Position numbers and translations under genes: made by a program. A model generated the notes under the pieces. That model saw only the letters and a list, made by a program, of their open reading frames with translations. It ran no database searches and was not told the DNA's origin. Shown here in pieces: positions 42,901-51,946 of a DNA stretch of 52,246 bases (position 1 is its first letter; the number at the start of each line of letters is the position of its first letter). Source of the DNA: a virus; the IMG/VR virus record IMGVR_UViG_3300038428_000302; one strand, given 5' to 3'.

Positions 42901-45396
42901 GACGCGGCGGTTCACGAAGTTTTGAAAGATTTCATTCCTGAAATTTCTCCTGTCGAATCGCGTGATGCGTGGACTCAATATGGGAAGTTCAAACCGGCGA
43001 CCCAAGACCCTATTAAGATTCGCATGGCGGAAGCGCGTTCGGAGCAGCAGAAACTTTCAACCATTGAGCGATTGCAAAAGGGACTTCCCGGACTTATGAC
43101 GGGTTTCGGTCGCGCAAAGGCAACTGACTTACTTCGTCGAAGGATAGCTCAAATCAATGAACTAAAACGGCAACTTGGAATTGTTACTACCGACCCGGCC
43201 ACGCAGTTGCGATCCGCTTTGGAAGCCAAGTTGACTCGGCAAAAAAACCGCATCGCCGACTTGAAGTTTGAAAATTCCACACGCAAGCGAATTGTCCGTG
43301 AGAAAACACCATCGCCAGACAACGAGGAAACTTTAAGGAACAAAGCGGAAATTGCTGAATTGGAAAAACAGAATCGGGAGATTTTTGGCAATCGAACTTT
43401 GAGTGACGCGCAAAAGTTGAAAATGGCAACGGCGGCAGCGGAAAAGAGCGCGAAGGATTGGGAACAAAAACTGGTTGACGCCAAGCAGGGTAAGTTTGCC
43501 AAGCCGCAAGCCAAGAAGCCTTTAACGAGTAAGGAATTGGAAGCAATAAAAGCTCGTCGTGATGCTGCAAAAGCTGAATTCAAAGAATTGCAGTCTTTGA
43601 ATGAAGATTTTCAGCGGGAACAACGCGCCAAAGAAATTGAGCATGAAAAGGATGCGCTCGAAAAATCCATCGCTGAAAAAGAGAAGCAGATAAAATCCGG
43701 TGACATTGCTGTAAAAAAACAACCAGTCAAACCTTCAACTCCCGAACTTGATGCACTGAAAAAGAGGCGCGACGACCTGAATGACCAGATTAGGGAGCTT
43801 CGTAAGCCGCAAAAATCGCCGGAAGAAATTGCTGTCAATCGTCGCCTCACGCAACTGGCAAACCGGACTGCGGATTATTTAGACCGGGCGGCAAGGCAAG
43901 ATTTCAAACCAAAGCCGAAACGTGTTTCTTCGATAAAAACACAAGCCGCTTTGCAGAAAGTGGCAACTGCAACCTCAAAGGCTGATGCTGCGAAGAAGGA
44001 ATGGTCAAATGCGGCTGAAAAATATCGTATCGCGCACAGAACCACAGCGGAAAAAGTCGTTGAAGGGCTGGCTGACACTTATCATTTAACCCGTGCTGTT
44101 GCTGTTTTGTATCACGGCACGGTCGGCATGATCACCCATGCAGGGGGATTGATTTTTAGACCCAATGCTTCGGTAATTTGGTGGAGGAATTTTATTCGAC
44201 AGTTTCCGATGTGGTTAAGTCCCAAATACCACGAAGTCATCATTTACAAACTGAAAACCGACCCGGATTTCCAAACTTGGAAAGATGCCGGAGCGAATAT
44301 TGATCCGAACGAAGTTTATACTGACTATGGATTGTATGGGAAAATGTTTGGCAAATTCACTGGCGGTTCAAGAGGATTTGACTCATTGAAACTGACGCGG
44401 ATGGAATTGAACAAGGCCGATTGGAAAAAAGTTCCATCTGAAATTAAAAACGACCCAGAGCAGGCATCACTTACCCGGAAACGCATTGCGGAAATAAACA
44501 ATCGGGCGACTGGTGCGGTTGGTTCAAGTAGGGATATTTTTTCAGAGGTAGCAAAGACAAAGATTGCCGAGGAATCTGGATTTGCTCCAAGGCTTTATGC
44601 TTCAAGATGGGGCAGGGTTGTTCTTGATCCAATCAAAACAGCAAAGACTGCTTTGAATTGGAAAACGGCAAGCGCGGCAGACAAGTATGCGGCAAAAGTC
44701 AGGTTGAGAAACGCCGGTTACTTTATTGGAGGATACATCTCAGCTCTAGCCATCAATCAGGGTCTTTTAATCGCAACCGGAAGCAAGGAGCGCGTGAATA
44801 TGGCAGACCCAACAAAAAGTGATTGGTTGAAATTCAAAGTTGGAGGCAAGGTAATTACTGCGGATGGAGGACTGCTCGATCCCGTTCGGCTTCTCGGACA
44901 AATTGTTATTGGCGACCTGATGATGCCACGAACAAAAAAAGATGTTTTTCTTCATGGGAACCGTTTCCAAAAAGCGGGTATGGATATACTTAAATATGGT
45001 CGGGGAAAAATAAATCCTTCGCTTGGACTTGTGGTTGATGTTGGGACAGGCTCGGATTATTCAGGTCGTCCGTTGCCATTCTCGAATGAGAAGCCACAAT
45101 TTAAAGACCAAACTCAATACTCCGTAACGGAATATCTGCTTTCCAAGGGGCCAATCCCGCTTTCGATTGCTTCAAAAGAAGTTTATGATGAGATGGTGAA
45201 AAACGGTATGAGTTCTGTGCATGCAATGGACATCGTAAAAGGCTCCGGCCTGTTGGTGTTCACAATGACTGGCGCACATCTCACTGAAGATTACAAGTTC
45301 GATAAAGAGACCGCCGCTGTCCCGGCTGCTAAATCCACTCCCGCCAAGTTCCCCACCCCTCCCAAATTCCCTACATGGAAAGCGCCTAAGAGGTAA
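39919..45396 (+). CDS. Giant virion protein (1825 aa; alternative start 39889), probable internal/ejection or tape-measure-like protein
   Basis: Gly/Ala-rich hydrophobic N-terminal segment, very long charged coiled-coil middle, hydrophobic C-terminal third. No catalytic motif recognised. Confidence 0.6.
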   Translation: MPATLTLDEADEAVSGSTPKTLSLDDADKLIGSPEPSAADSLKLKPPPGFASFEDYDKASKDYDEGQKSSDFLRAVVDPQTGVVPEIGKGLSREGKMITGTLADIGTLPIKTGENKFRNLEAATMDRPMPVESEMKKMSVVARAAYAGTAGTIQSTPQMAAFAADPLLGAMAFGTTPNGFDPKLAVVAGVLPVIGKYSGAITEAIAAKAGVTSDVAKAALNKVGGASGAAATIGAQQVTQIFSLPKDQQRDAWIDAVGNVGSMFLLGTMGERHQLGKGAKPVAPPSDEPPSTAAPVPAQPTIVATAVDKAGYEYEKNSNGVWSNKQTGEPVLVKDSEGVRGTDSWHYKDFIDTLERNSKPTPTASPVPTETKVGGVLSDKEAIFQANQSRNEVLDAADKFMDIDNNEDIPASKKSTEKFLVSAKAIESDLQKIYSPPGVQVEARRTSGGSIYITAKFPNGESHQISIRDHSNRAFASEEDSHTIYVKNATPETEHELQEMDASIEEAQDWIVAKNNELKSKQSPSPVKLETKGKAKSEADRKANEEFQSKNQSELFQPKPPETHTPLGASTPEDLRSSSSTPTGIKITAIDAQRAARGEEPLSSVGRRSFKTEVWQAALAKVDNDPQAPAKLVNTMMSDQVAGEVKPLSDGDVAMLLYREAELTYERSRLAREMAVAADDARQFPNRAEALQRLTEQKNRVDEDLNTLEKVIAPAKSETARGLAALRNMVGDSYNLESMRYDFQKKTSHPLTEADEAFIKTEFERIDAAEKQRLKDEAEYRAAEADAEANRAREDLIDSVGREPKEKVEPVEPHVRLVAEKLKNYFKTNADAALERIRARHNGTTSMFSGVPLHPEDFDDAVIFGASKMFEKGISGAEMSADWATEMASTFGDGIKSLLQTIWAKANQSLDAGFKKIAGVGPAAEKAKRATRPKVGARDHVSEKKAIVEGIREAVADGEGDVNIGRYANAIAKNFVRQEVESGRVPKDIKGEEIDAAVHEVLKDFIPEISPVESRDAWTQYGKFKPATQDPIKIRMAEARSEQQKLSTIERLQKGLPGLMTGFGRAKATDLLRRRIAQINELKRQLGIVTTDPATQLRSALEAKLTRQKNRIADLKFENSTRKRIVREKTPSPDNEETLRNKAEIAELEKQNREIFGNRTLSDAQKLKMATAAAEKSAKDWEQKLVDAKQGKFAKPQAKKPLTSKELEAIKARRDAAKAEFKELQSLNEDFQREQRAKEIEHEKDALEKSIAEKEKQIKSGDIAVKKQPVKPSTPELDALKKRRDDLNDQIRELRKPQKSPEEIAVNRRLTQLANRTADYLDRAARQDFKPKPKRVSSIKTQAALQKVATATSKADAAKKEWSNAAEKYRIAHRTTAEKVVEGLADTYHLTRAVAVLYHGTVGMITHAGGLIFRPNASVIWWRNFIRQFPMWLSPKYHEVIIYKLKTDPDFQTWKDAGANIDPNEVYTDYGLYGKMFGKFTGGSRGFDSLKLTRMELNKADWKKVPSEIKNDPEQASLTRKRIAEINNRATGAVGSSRDIFSEVAKTKIAEESGFAPRLYASRWGRVVLDPIKTAKTALNWKTASAADKYAAKVRLRNAGYFIGGYISALAINQGLLIATGSKERVNMADPTKSDWLKFKVGGKVITADGGLLDPVRLLGQIVIGDLMMPRTKKDVFLHGNRFQKAGMDILKYGRGKINPSLGLVVDVGTGSDYSGRPLPFSNEKPQFKDQTQYSVTEYLLSKGPIPLSIASKEVYDEMVKNGMSSVHAMDIVKGSGLLVFTMTGAHLTEDYKFDKETAAVPAAKSTPAKFPTPPKFPTWKAPKR

Positions 45397-45547
45397 AGTC
45401 GATTGTTGGCTACCGTCCGTGGCTTGTTGTGGTCACGAACGGCAGCGTATCTATCAGATACCGCATTTCTGCGGCAGTCTTTTATGTTTTGTTTTGATTT
45501 AGACCAAAGAACACAAGGCCACCCTTTGGTAGCCAGCAAACGACTTT
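45395..45547. other. Structured convergent intergenic region: 20-nt imperfect inverted repeat (18/20) enclosing internal hairpins
   Basis: aaagtcgattgttggctacc (45395-45414) pairs with ggtagccagcaaacgacttt (45528-45547). Internal hairpins at 45413-45442 and at 45461-45474 (followed by a T-rich run). Likely a bidirectional terminator or a structured RNA/DNA element. Confidence 0.35.
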
Positions 45548-45556
45548 GTGTGTAAA

Positions 45557-46735
45557 TTATTCCGGCTGGATGGCCTTCTTCAAGCTCGTTCCCCAATCTT
45601 CATCTTCGCCTGGTGTTTCAGTTCCGCCCGGACGTTTGACCTTGCCGGGTGCTGTCCCCTTCAACTCGTCAACTTGAGCCTGCAACGCGGTGATTTTCTC
45701 CTGCGCCCTTGTCAGTTGCAGTTTTAGCACAGGAAACGCCCCAATCCGCTGCCGGATATGAGCATCACGCAGGAGTTTCTTCTGGATGAAGTCTTGCCGG
45801 TCTGCGGCATTGATTTTTGAGTCGAACACGGTCAAGGCGTGTTTCCGAGCATCGTTCAACTCGGTATCTTCCGGGTCATTCTTGTAATCCGCCACGGACT
45901 CGGCAAGCCGAGTATTGGTTTCAGTCCATGTAGATTCGACCTTCTCGCGTTCCACAGTGCGCCCGGCGATTTCCTTCTCGGTGCGTTGTTTGAACTGCTC
46001 GCGTTCTTCCTGAAGGGCAGTCTGGCGCGCGGAATCCAAGTCCAACAGCTTTTCGCGTAGCCCCAAAACGAATTGTGCCGATGTCCCAAACAGTGTGTTG
46101 GCCTGTTCAATGGCCTTACCCACCGGCAACGAATACAGCGCGGAAAAGTCCTCCCAAGTGGCAGGGCGATTTGTGCCATCCTCGGCATTTGCGACCTGCA
46201 ATTCCAAAACCTGCTTGCGCGCCCGTTCAGCAGCCGTGTTGAAAGGCTTGTCGTATTTCTCTTTGAACTCCGGGCTGGCCTCTTGCTTGGCGGCACGAAG
46301 CTCGGCATAGGCGGCATCACGCTCCTTTTCGAGCGCAGCCAGACGGCCTGTGAGGGCGGTTGTATCCTTGCCCTGTGACTCGAATTGCTTGATTTTGGCT
46401 TCAAGCTCTTTGAGCTTGCCGCCGGCGGTCTGCGATTCAGTCCGTAACTGTTTGACACGCTCGCGCAGTTCCTTCGGGGCGAGCTTATCAATGTCGTCCG
46501 GCACAACCGGAGCGGCGGGCTTCGCCGGTGCCGCGGCAGGGGCAGCGCCAGCGGGCTTGGGCGGGGGCGCAAAGGGGTCGTCACTGGCTGGTTCTGGGGC
46601 AGCAGCGGGTGCGACGGCTGCTGGTGCCGGTGACGGACTTGGCGCGGCAGCGGGTGCAGTGGCGGGTTTGGCTGGTGCAGGTGTTCCACCACCACCAGCG
46701 GGAGCGACGGGATCAAGAAGGATTCGGTTAATCAT
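45557..46735 (-). CDS. Scaffold-like protein (392 aa): Ala/Pro-rich N-terminus plus long coiled coil
   Basis: PAPAKPATAPAAAPSPSPAPAAV.. followed by helical E/K/R/Q/L-rich sequence. Composition and size fit scaffolding proteins. This is an inference only. Confidence 0.4.
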   Translation of the reverse strand: MINRILLDPVAPAGGGGTPAPAKPATAPAAAPSPSPAPAAVAPAAAPEPASDDPFAPPPKPAGAAPAAAPAKPAAPVVPDDIDKLAPKELRERVKQLRTESQTAGGKLKELEAKIKQFESQGKDTTALTGRLAALEKERDAAYAELRAAKQEASPEFKEKYDKPFNTAAERARKQVLELQVANAEDGTNRPATWEDFSALYSLPVGKAIEQANTLFGTSAQFVLGLREKLLDLDSARQTALQEEREQFKQRTEKEIAGRTVEREKVESTWTETNTRLAESVADYKNDPEDTELNDARKHALTVFDSKINAADRQDFIQKKLLRDAHIRQRIGAFPVLKLQLTRAQEKITALQAQVDELKGTAPGKVKRPGGTETPGEDEDWGTSLKKAIQPE

Positions 46736-46738
46736 AGG

Positions 46739-47020
46739 CTATTTGCTTTTTTGTTTTGGTTTGAGAGTGCGGTCTTTCGGTTCGAGATTATGAGACAGGC
46801 CGGGTTGCGAAAAGGCGACCGGCGGAGAGTCTGGCTGGCTTAACGTCAGCAAAATCTCTTTGAATTTCAGGATGCCGTCGCGTTGTTCGGCAGACGGTAA
46901 ATTTTCAAACGCCACGGCAGATGAATGGAGCAACACCTGGTCGAAGCGAGTGTCGTTCGAGATGGTTGCCCACCATTCGGACAGGGTTTTGTTTGAAAGG
47001 AATTGAGTTTTTGAGTCCAT
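46739..47020 (-). CDS. Hypothetical protein (93 aa)
   Basis: ORF tightly packed between the transferase and scaffold-like genes. Confidence 0.5.
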   Translation of the reverse strand: MDSKTQFLSNKTLSEWWATISNDTRFDQVLLHSSAVAFENLPSAEQRDGILKFKEILLTLSQPDSPPVAFSQPGLSHNLEPKDRTLKPKQKSK

Positions 47021-47022
47021 AA

Positions 47023-49353
47023 TTATCGGGGTATCAGCAAAACGTCCAACTGTTCATAATTCAGATTGTGGCGTGGGTCAATGAATTTCAGGATATAACC
47101 GATGTCAAACAGGGGTTTCAGAATGTCCTGCTTGGTGAATCCGTATCGCGCCAACGGTCCATCGTTCAATTCAACGAACATTTTAGGCCGGAACTTTTTG
47201 AGTGTTTTCATTGCGCCACGAATGACAAAAGGCTCGTAACCTTCAACGTCCATTTTGATGAAATCACAACGGGGAAGATTGATGTCGTCCAGTGTAATCA
47301 TTTTTACCGTTCCATTTGAGCAAGAAATAATGTGCGACGCACCAGCATTTTTCTCCTGCTCTATTCCCGCGAAACTCTCTACATCCGAAAGCCCCTCGTT
47401 GAATAACGTCGCTTGCGGCAGATCGCGGCAGTTGATTTCTAGGCAGACATACGCTGCAAGGTTTGGCTCAAATGCAAATACCCGGCCTGTTTCACCAACC
47501 GCCTTTGCCATGCTTACGGTGTAAGCGCCAATGTTCGCCCCTACGTCAATAACAGTGTCGCCGGGTTTGATATACTGCAAAACATCTTCCACGCTTCGGT
47601 CATAATCAAGGCGCTGTTGTTCTTCGCACCATTTTGCCGCGTGTGTGTCGCCTTTGATGACGGCAAATTGCCATCCGTGTTTGTCGGTGAGAAGGTTAAT
47701 TTTCAGAATTTCCTCCATGAGAATTTTTGGAGTTACTTCTTTTGTCTTTCCATCAATCCAGATGGTTTGAGGCTTTGTGATTTCGCCGTGGCTCCAAAAC
47801 TGACAAACCGGATAGGGGCTTTTATCAGGGTTGGGTTCCTTCGACAAATCAACAAAGAAATAATTGTCCTTGAACAATTCCTGCGCGACGGCGGACAGCG
47901 TGACAAACTCACAGAACTCTTGTGGGAACTCGTTGCGCGTTGATTTGACGAAATCGTTGAATGGCAGCTTTGTCTTTTGCTCAACCAACTCGCGGGTCTT
48001 GGCATACAGCGTGCGATGATAAACTTCCGGGTGGCCTCGCATCCCCTCGTTGTTCACAGTGAACGGCAGACACCTCTCCGCCGCTGCCTTCCAATTAAGA
48101 ATGTTCGGTTGTCTTAACGACAGGGTGGCAAAAGGCTCATACCGAAGCAGTGGTTTCCCGTCTTTGAAAAAGGTTTCCGGTGTTACTGGTGAGGTAAAAA
48201 CGCAATCAGCATCAAAATGGGCAATGTAATCCGCATCAGGACACCATTCGTCCGCCCTGCATTTTTGAACCAAGTGCCACAACATTCCCTTTTTCGCCCA
48301 TTCATAACCGGACTTGACGATCACGTTTTTAATCCCTGAATTATTGATGATGATTCTCAATGCCGGAACGTCCTTCGTCGGAACGAGAATGGTTGTGCCG
48401 ACAAAGCCGGTGGCAAACTTCTGGATTGAACGCAGGCAGTATTCGAGATAAACAAAATCTTTTGCGTAGGTGACGATAAACAAGCGGGTTTTCTTTTCGA
48501 CCTTTGGCTGCATTATGACAGGGACGGCTTTCTTTACCGGCCCCGCCCAAGTGCTTTTAATCTGGTGAACACCGACGATTTTGCCTTCTTCAAGCCACTG
48601 TCGCCGTTCTTCCTCAGAACACATTATGTTCCCGTAACCGGAATAAACGGATTCGAGATTGACCACCTTTTCGTAAGTGTCCTCTTTGAACTCATTCCAC
48701 AAACGAACTCCGATTGCGTAATCCCATGTTTTCAGATTCATGGCAAGGCTGATGTATTGTTCCGGCGTGCCGATGATTTCAGGGAATGTTTTCAGAAGCC
48801 AGTCCATCCGGTAGATGGCAAACGCGCCATTGGGGAAAATGCAGGAATTATATTTTCTGGCAAGATCGGATGTGCCGCACGTTGAAAACGGCATCAACCG
48901 TTTTGGTTTTGTTTCGACCACCATCAATTCATATCGTTCCGCCGCCTGACGGCTAAATGAGCATGGATTAAAGAAAACCATCGTGCCGCCCATGATGGCA
49001 TCTGGATTTTTTGAGAGAAACTCCTGCCAGATTGTTTCATCCCAAGCCGGTGTGCTGACCCGGCAATCATGTTCCACAATCATTACATGGGTGAACTGAT
49101 AATTTGCAGCCAATCTCAGTCCGGTGAAAAACACAAGGTTGTTGACCGCCATCTTATTTTTGTCGGTCTTGGCAACCTCAACAGTCCCATTGAGTTTGAA
49201 TATCCCCGGCCATTCCTTGCTGTAATCGTGGTCGCTGTAAAGCAACAGCCGGTTTTTGGCCGGACACTTTCTCATGTTGGCGAAGAAAGAATCGGCGTTC
49301 GCCAGATTTGGCGGCGCGACGTAACAGAGGATGCCGAGTTTGTTGCCCATCAA
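47023..49353 (-). CDS. Three-domain transferase (776 aa): two glycosyltransferase-like regions plus a C-terminal FkbM-family methyltransferase
   Basis: The C-terminus has GDTVIDVGANIGAYTVSMA...GRVFAFEPN....L..N ... CDFIKMDVEGYEPFVIRG...KFRPKMFVE, the FkbM signature. The middle region has a Rossmann-like FIVTYAKD.. and HFDADCVF (DxD-like). The N-terminal region has IVEHDCRV. The GT assignment is tentative. Confidence 0.65.
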   Translation of the reverse strand: MMGNKLGILCYVAPPNLANADSFFANMRKCPAKNRLLLYSDHDYSKEWPGIFKLNGTVEVAKTDKNKMAVNNLVFFTGLRLAANYQFTHVMIVEHDCRVSTPAWDETIWQEFLSKNPDAIMGGTMVFFNPCSFSRQAAERYELMVVETKPKRLMPFSTCGTSDLARKYNSCIFPNGAFAIYRMDWLLKTFPEIIGTPEQYISLAMNLKTWDYAIGVRLWNEFKEDTYEKVVNLESVYSGYGNIMCSEEERRQWLEEGKIVGVHQIKSTWAGPVKKAVPVIMQPKVEKKTRLFIVTYAKDFVYLEYCLRSIQKFATGFVGTTILVPTKDVPALRIIINNSGIKNVIVKSGYEWAKKGMLWHLVQKCRADEWCPDADYIAHFDADCVFTSPVTPETFFKDGKPLLRYEPFATLSLRQPNILNWKAAAERCLPFTVNNEGMRGHPEVYHRTLYAKTRELVEQKTKLPFNDFVKSTRNEFPQEFCEFVTLSAVAQELFKDNYFFVDLSKEPNPDKSPYPVCQFWSHGEITKPQTIWIDGKTKEVTPKILMEEILKINLLTDKHGWQFAVIKGDTHAAKWCEEQQRLDYDRSVEDVLQYIKPGDTVIDVGANIGAYTVSMAKAVGETGRVFAFEPNLAAYVCLEINCRDLPQATLFNEGLSDVESFAGIEQEKNAGASHIISCSNGTVKMITLDDINLPRCDFIKMDVEGYEPFVIRGAMKTLKKFRPKMFVELNDGPLARYGFTKQDILKPLFDIGYILKFIDPRHNLNYEQLDVLLIPR

Positions 49354-49613
49354 TTCAGTTTCGAGTCTGTGATGATTTCCGGTTTGAATATCTTTTTGCG
49401 TTCAAAATACTTTCCGGCTATTCCGCAAGGCGCTCCCTGCCCCCGCATTTCAATGCACGGCGGGTAAAACCTTGTCCCGCGCACGACCTCGATCATTTGA
49501 GAAAGATTGCAGCGCGGAACGTCGTTATGGCTATTGGCATCCGACTCAATGAAACGTCTGCAATCGCAACAAAAAGGTGGCGGATTGTTTTGGGGTGGAG
49601 ATGCTTTTGCCAT
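49350..49613 (-). CDS. Cys-rich hypothetical protein (87 aa)
   Basis: ORF with an ATGA overlap to the transferase start. Confidence 0.5.
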   Translation of the reverse strand: MAKASPPQNNPPPFCCDCRRFIESDANSHNDVPRCNLSQMIEVVRGTRFYPPCIEMRGQGAPCGIAGKYFERKKIFKPEIITDSKLN

Positions 49614-49643
49614 AGGGGTTATTTTTGGGGTTTGGATTTCGTT

Positions 49644-49856
49644 TTATCGTTTAGCGATACAGACCATTGAGCCTTTTTCATCCCGCCATTCGACAACAAC
49701 GGCTTGGCCGAAATTGTCCCTGATACGCTCGGCGTCCTTTTCACACCAATCCCGATACGAAATGTAGCCGAATTGAGATAGGAATTTTGTTTCTGGAACA
49801 CCCCAAATAGAAATGTTCGGGACACCAACGGGAGTAGTGACGATTCGCGGGTTCAT
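49644..49856 (-). CDS. Hypothetical protein (70 aa)
   Basis: ORF with an ATGA overlap to 49853..50041. Confidence 0.5.
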   Translation of the reverse strand: MNPRIVTTPVGVPNISIWGVPETKFLSQFGYISYRDWCEKDAERIRDNFGQAVVVEWRDEKGSMVCIAKR

Positions 49857-50041
49857 AGTTTTTTATCTCTTTCTTGCTCGGTTTCTTTCACGGCTTTTGA
49901 GAACAGCTTTTGACACCAACGCCAAAACCAGCGTTCCTTAGATTTTGCGAAGGCGATTTTCGCATCCTGATATTGCGTTTCAGTGACGCGGAATTTCAGC
50001 CATTTCATTCGCTCGATTGCCATGTGGAACGAATATCCCAC
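49853..50041 (-). CDS. Hypothetical protein (62 aa)
   Basis: First ORF of the leftward block, divergent from the capsid-like gene. Confidence 0.45.
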   Translation of the reverse strand: MGYSFHMAIERMKWLKFRVTETQYQDAKIAFAKSKERWFWRWCQKLFSKAVKETEQERDKKL

Positions 50042-50067
50042 AAGGAACGCAAATCGTCAAGCGCGAA

Positions 50068-50096
50068 TTGACATTTATTTTTTAGGGGGGTATTGG
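50068..50096 (+). promoter_or_regulatory. Sigma70-like promoter TTGACA-N17-TATTGG upstream of the capsid-like gene
   Basis: Read directly. It would give a roughly 180-nt 5' leader before the ATG at 50281. Confidence 0.3.
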
Positions 50097-50280
50097 TCGG
50101 GTATCAGCGATTGATTTCTTCGCCTCTCATCGCGGGCGGACTGGCCGAGACTACGGTGGTATCGGTTGGAAAAAAGTGATTCGGGAATCCTCTCCTGAAT
50201 CTGGGGGTCACTCCCCAAAAGCAACCGGAATCCAGTTCGGTCAACAATTACGCACAAAAACCAACAACCAACACATATTT

Positions 50281-51882
50281 ATGCTGAGCACAACGCAATG
50301 CAAACAATTCAACGATTTCATGGGAAGACGGCCTTACCCGTGGGACAAGAAAATCGCCAAAGACCGCAAGCCGCGCGAGTTCATCTACGTCGGGATGTAT
50401 AAAACATCGAAGTGGAAACCCGGCACGGAAACCGTGCATCTCCACGAGAAGGTGTATGTCGCCCGCCCGAACGACCCCGGCCTGTGGCCGCAGTATTTCG
50501 CCGATCCATGCCTGGGAACGCCATGCGACATGAGCATTTCCTACATCGGTCACGGTGTTGATCAACTGGCTTATGGTCGGTTCCGCAAGGAAATCCGGTC
50601 ATCGGTGTTCTGCCTTGACCAGTTGAACACCATTGAGGAAGCCGAAACGAAGCTGGACGCCATCGTTGAGGGCTACAAGAAAGTTCCCGAAGATGTCGCC
50701 GGCGGTTTCATCCGTCAACTGGCACTGCGTCAGTCTGGCCTTGCTTCGCAGGGTGCGGGCTTGTGGCTGGTTGGTGTTCAGGACGCCTATGGCAATCCGG
50801 CTTCGATTGACATGAACGACAATATGTTCGCCATCTCCAATGGTGGTCAGGCTGGCACGGTGAACGGGCTGTTTATGAATCTCAACGCCAACGGCCAGCT
50901 AACGGCGTTGGTTTCTGCCGGTAAACTCACCGCCGCAACGACACTCGGACTTTCGCAGTATCTATCGCAGTTGACGATGGAATATCTCGGAAACCATCAA
51001 GAGGACTTGGCCGGTCAGGGCTATCACGATGGCGAATGGAGTGTTGCTGGCAAGTTCACAATCACGATGGACGACACGACCGGACGCCGGCTGCTCGTTG
51101 CCAATCCCGAACTCAAGGGGTTTTACAAAGCCGCTGACTTCGAGAAGGGCGGGGCGTTCTACTCAATGGGCATGAACGCCGGTTGCGGTGACTGGTTATT
51201 CAAACGCGATCCCCAACAGTTGCGCTTCAACTTCCGCTCCGATTTGGACGGCAAGGATTTGACCGGCAATTCACTGACCGGCGCGGTTTGGCTGGAACAG
51301 ATTCAGCCGTTCCAAAATGTTCCGGCCACCTTTGGCATCAAACCGCTTTATTCTCCGCTCTGGAAAGCGGCTCCAATTCGCATCTACCATTGCTACAACC
51401 GCGATGCGCGTGAGTGCTATGTGGGCGACATCACCAGCGTCAATTCCGAGATGAAGTTCGGTCTGGCGCGGTCGTTCATGGGCAACATGACGTGGAAACA
51501 TCCCGATTACTTCACGGCCTTCGACCCGACGAGCGGCACTGTTTGCAACATCGAAAACGTCAAGGACAACAAGGGCTTTTTCCTTGGCGAATACGACATC
51601 GGCATCAAGACGGTGTTCCCCGAAATCGAGCGTTGGTTTCTCGCGCTCGGTGAGGCCACGCCTTACACGCGCCGTCCGAACACGGTCACACCGGCCTTGG
51701 CTCCGAGTTCGTATCAGGACTTGGTTGCCTACAACGCGCACTGCTCGTCACCGGACAATGACACTTCCTATGTCTGGGGACAGACCTCGTTCGCGGAAGC
51801 GGTCGCTGAGGAAGTTCAATCGTATCAAAACATCGGTGGTGGCGATTTCGTCGGCTACCAAACCGGCATTGAGCCGATTTAA
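50281..51882 (+). CDS. Putative major capsid protein (533 aa)
   Basis: Start at the ATG at 50281 (MLSTTQCK..). The largest non-fibre ORF at the head of the late rightward block, divergent from the scaffold-like operon. No motif is recognisable by eye, so the call is contextual. Confidence 0.4.
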   Translation: MLSTTQCKQFNDFMGRRPYPWDKKIAKDRKPREFIYVGMYKTSKWKPGTETVHLHEKVYVARPNDPGLWPQYFADPCLGTPCDMSISYIGHGVDQLAYGRFRKEIRSSVFCLDQLNTIEEAETKLDAIVEGYKKVPEDVAGGFIRQLALRQSGLASQGAGLWLVGVQDAYGNPASIDMNDNMFAISNGGQAGTVNGLFMNLNANGQLTALVSAGKLTAATTLGLSQYLSQLTMEYLGNHQEDLAGQGYHDGEWSVAGKFTITMDDTTGRRLLVANPELKGFYKAADFEKGGAFYSMGMNAGCGDWLFKRDPQQLRFNFRSDLDGKDLTGNSLTGAVWLEQIQPFQNVPATFGIKPLYSPLWKAAPIRIYHCYNRDARECYVGDITSVNSEMKFGLARSFMGNMTWKHPDYFTAFDPTSGTVCNIENVKDNKGFFLGEYDIGIKTVFPEIERWFLALGEATPYTRRPNTVTPALAPSSYQDLVAYNAHCSSPDNDTSYVWGQTSFAEAVAEEVQSYQNIGGGDFVGYQTGIEPI

Positions 51883-51946
51883 CGGTCAACTTGAGGGGTT
51901 TGGCGATTTCAAATCGCCAAACCCTTTCTAAACCGAAAGGCTTATC

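Noticed and set aside
45856-46793. Alternative-frame ORFs inside the scaffold-like gene (286 aa on the minus strand; 147 and 101 aa on the plus strand)
   Set aside because: Their Pro/Arg/Ser- or Gly/Ala-rich products are typical of off-frame translation of a GC-rich Ala/Pro/Glu-coding region. The 392-aa frame has a coherent coiled-coil sequence.
50100-50175. tRNA-like fragment (ctggccgagac resembles a class II tRNA D-loop) in the capsid gene leader
   Set aside because: No acceptor-stem pairing, no GTTCRANYC T-loop and no anticodon arm could be built. I could find no tRNA anywhere by eye.
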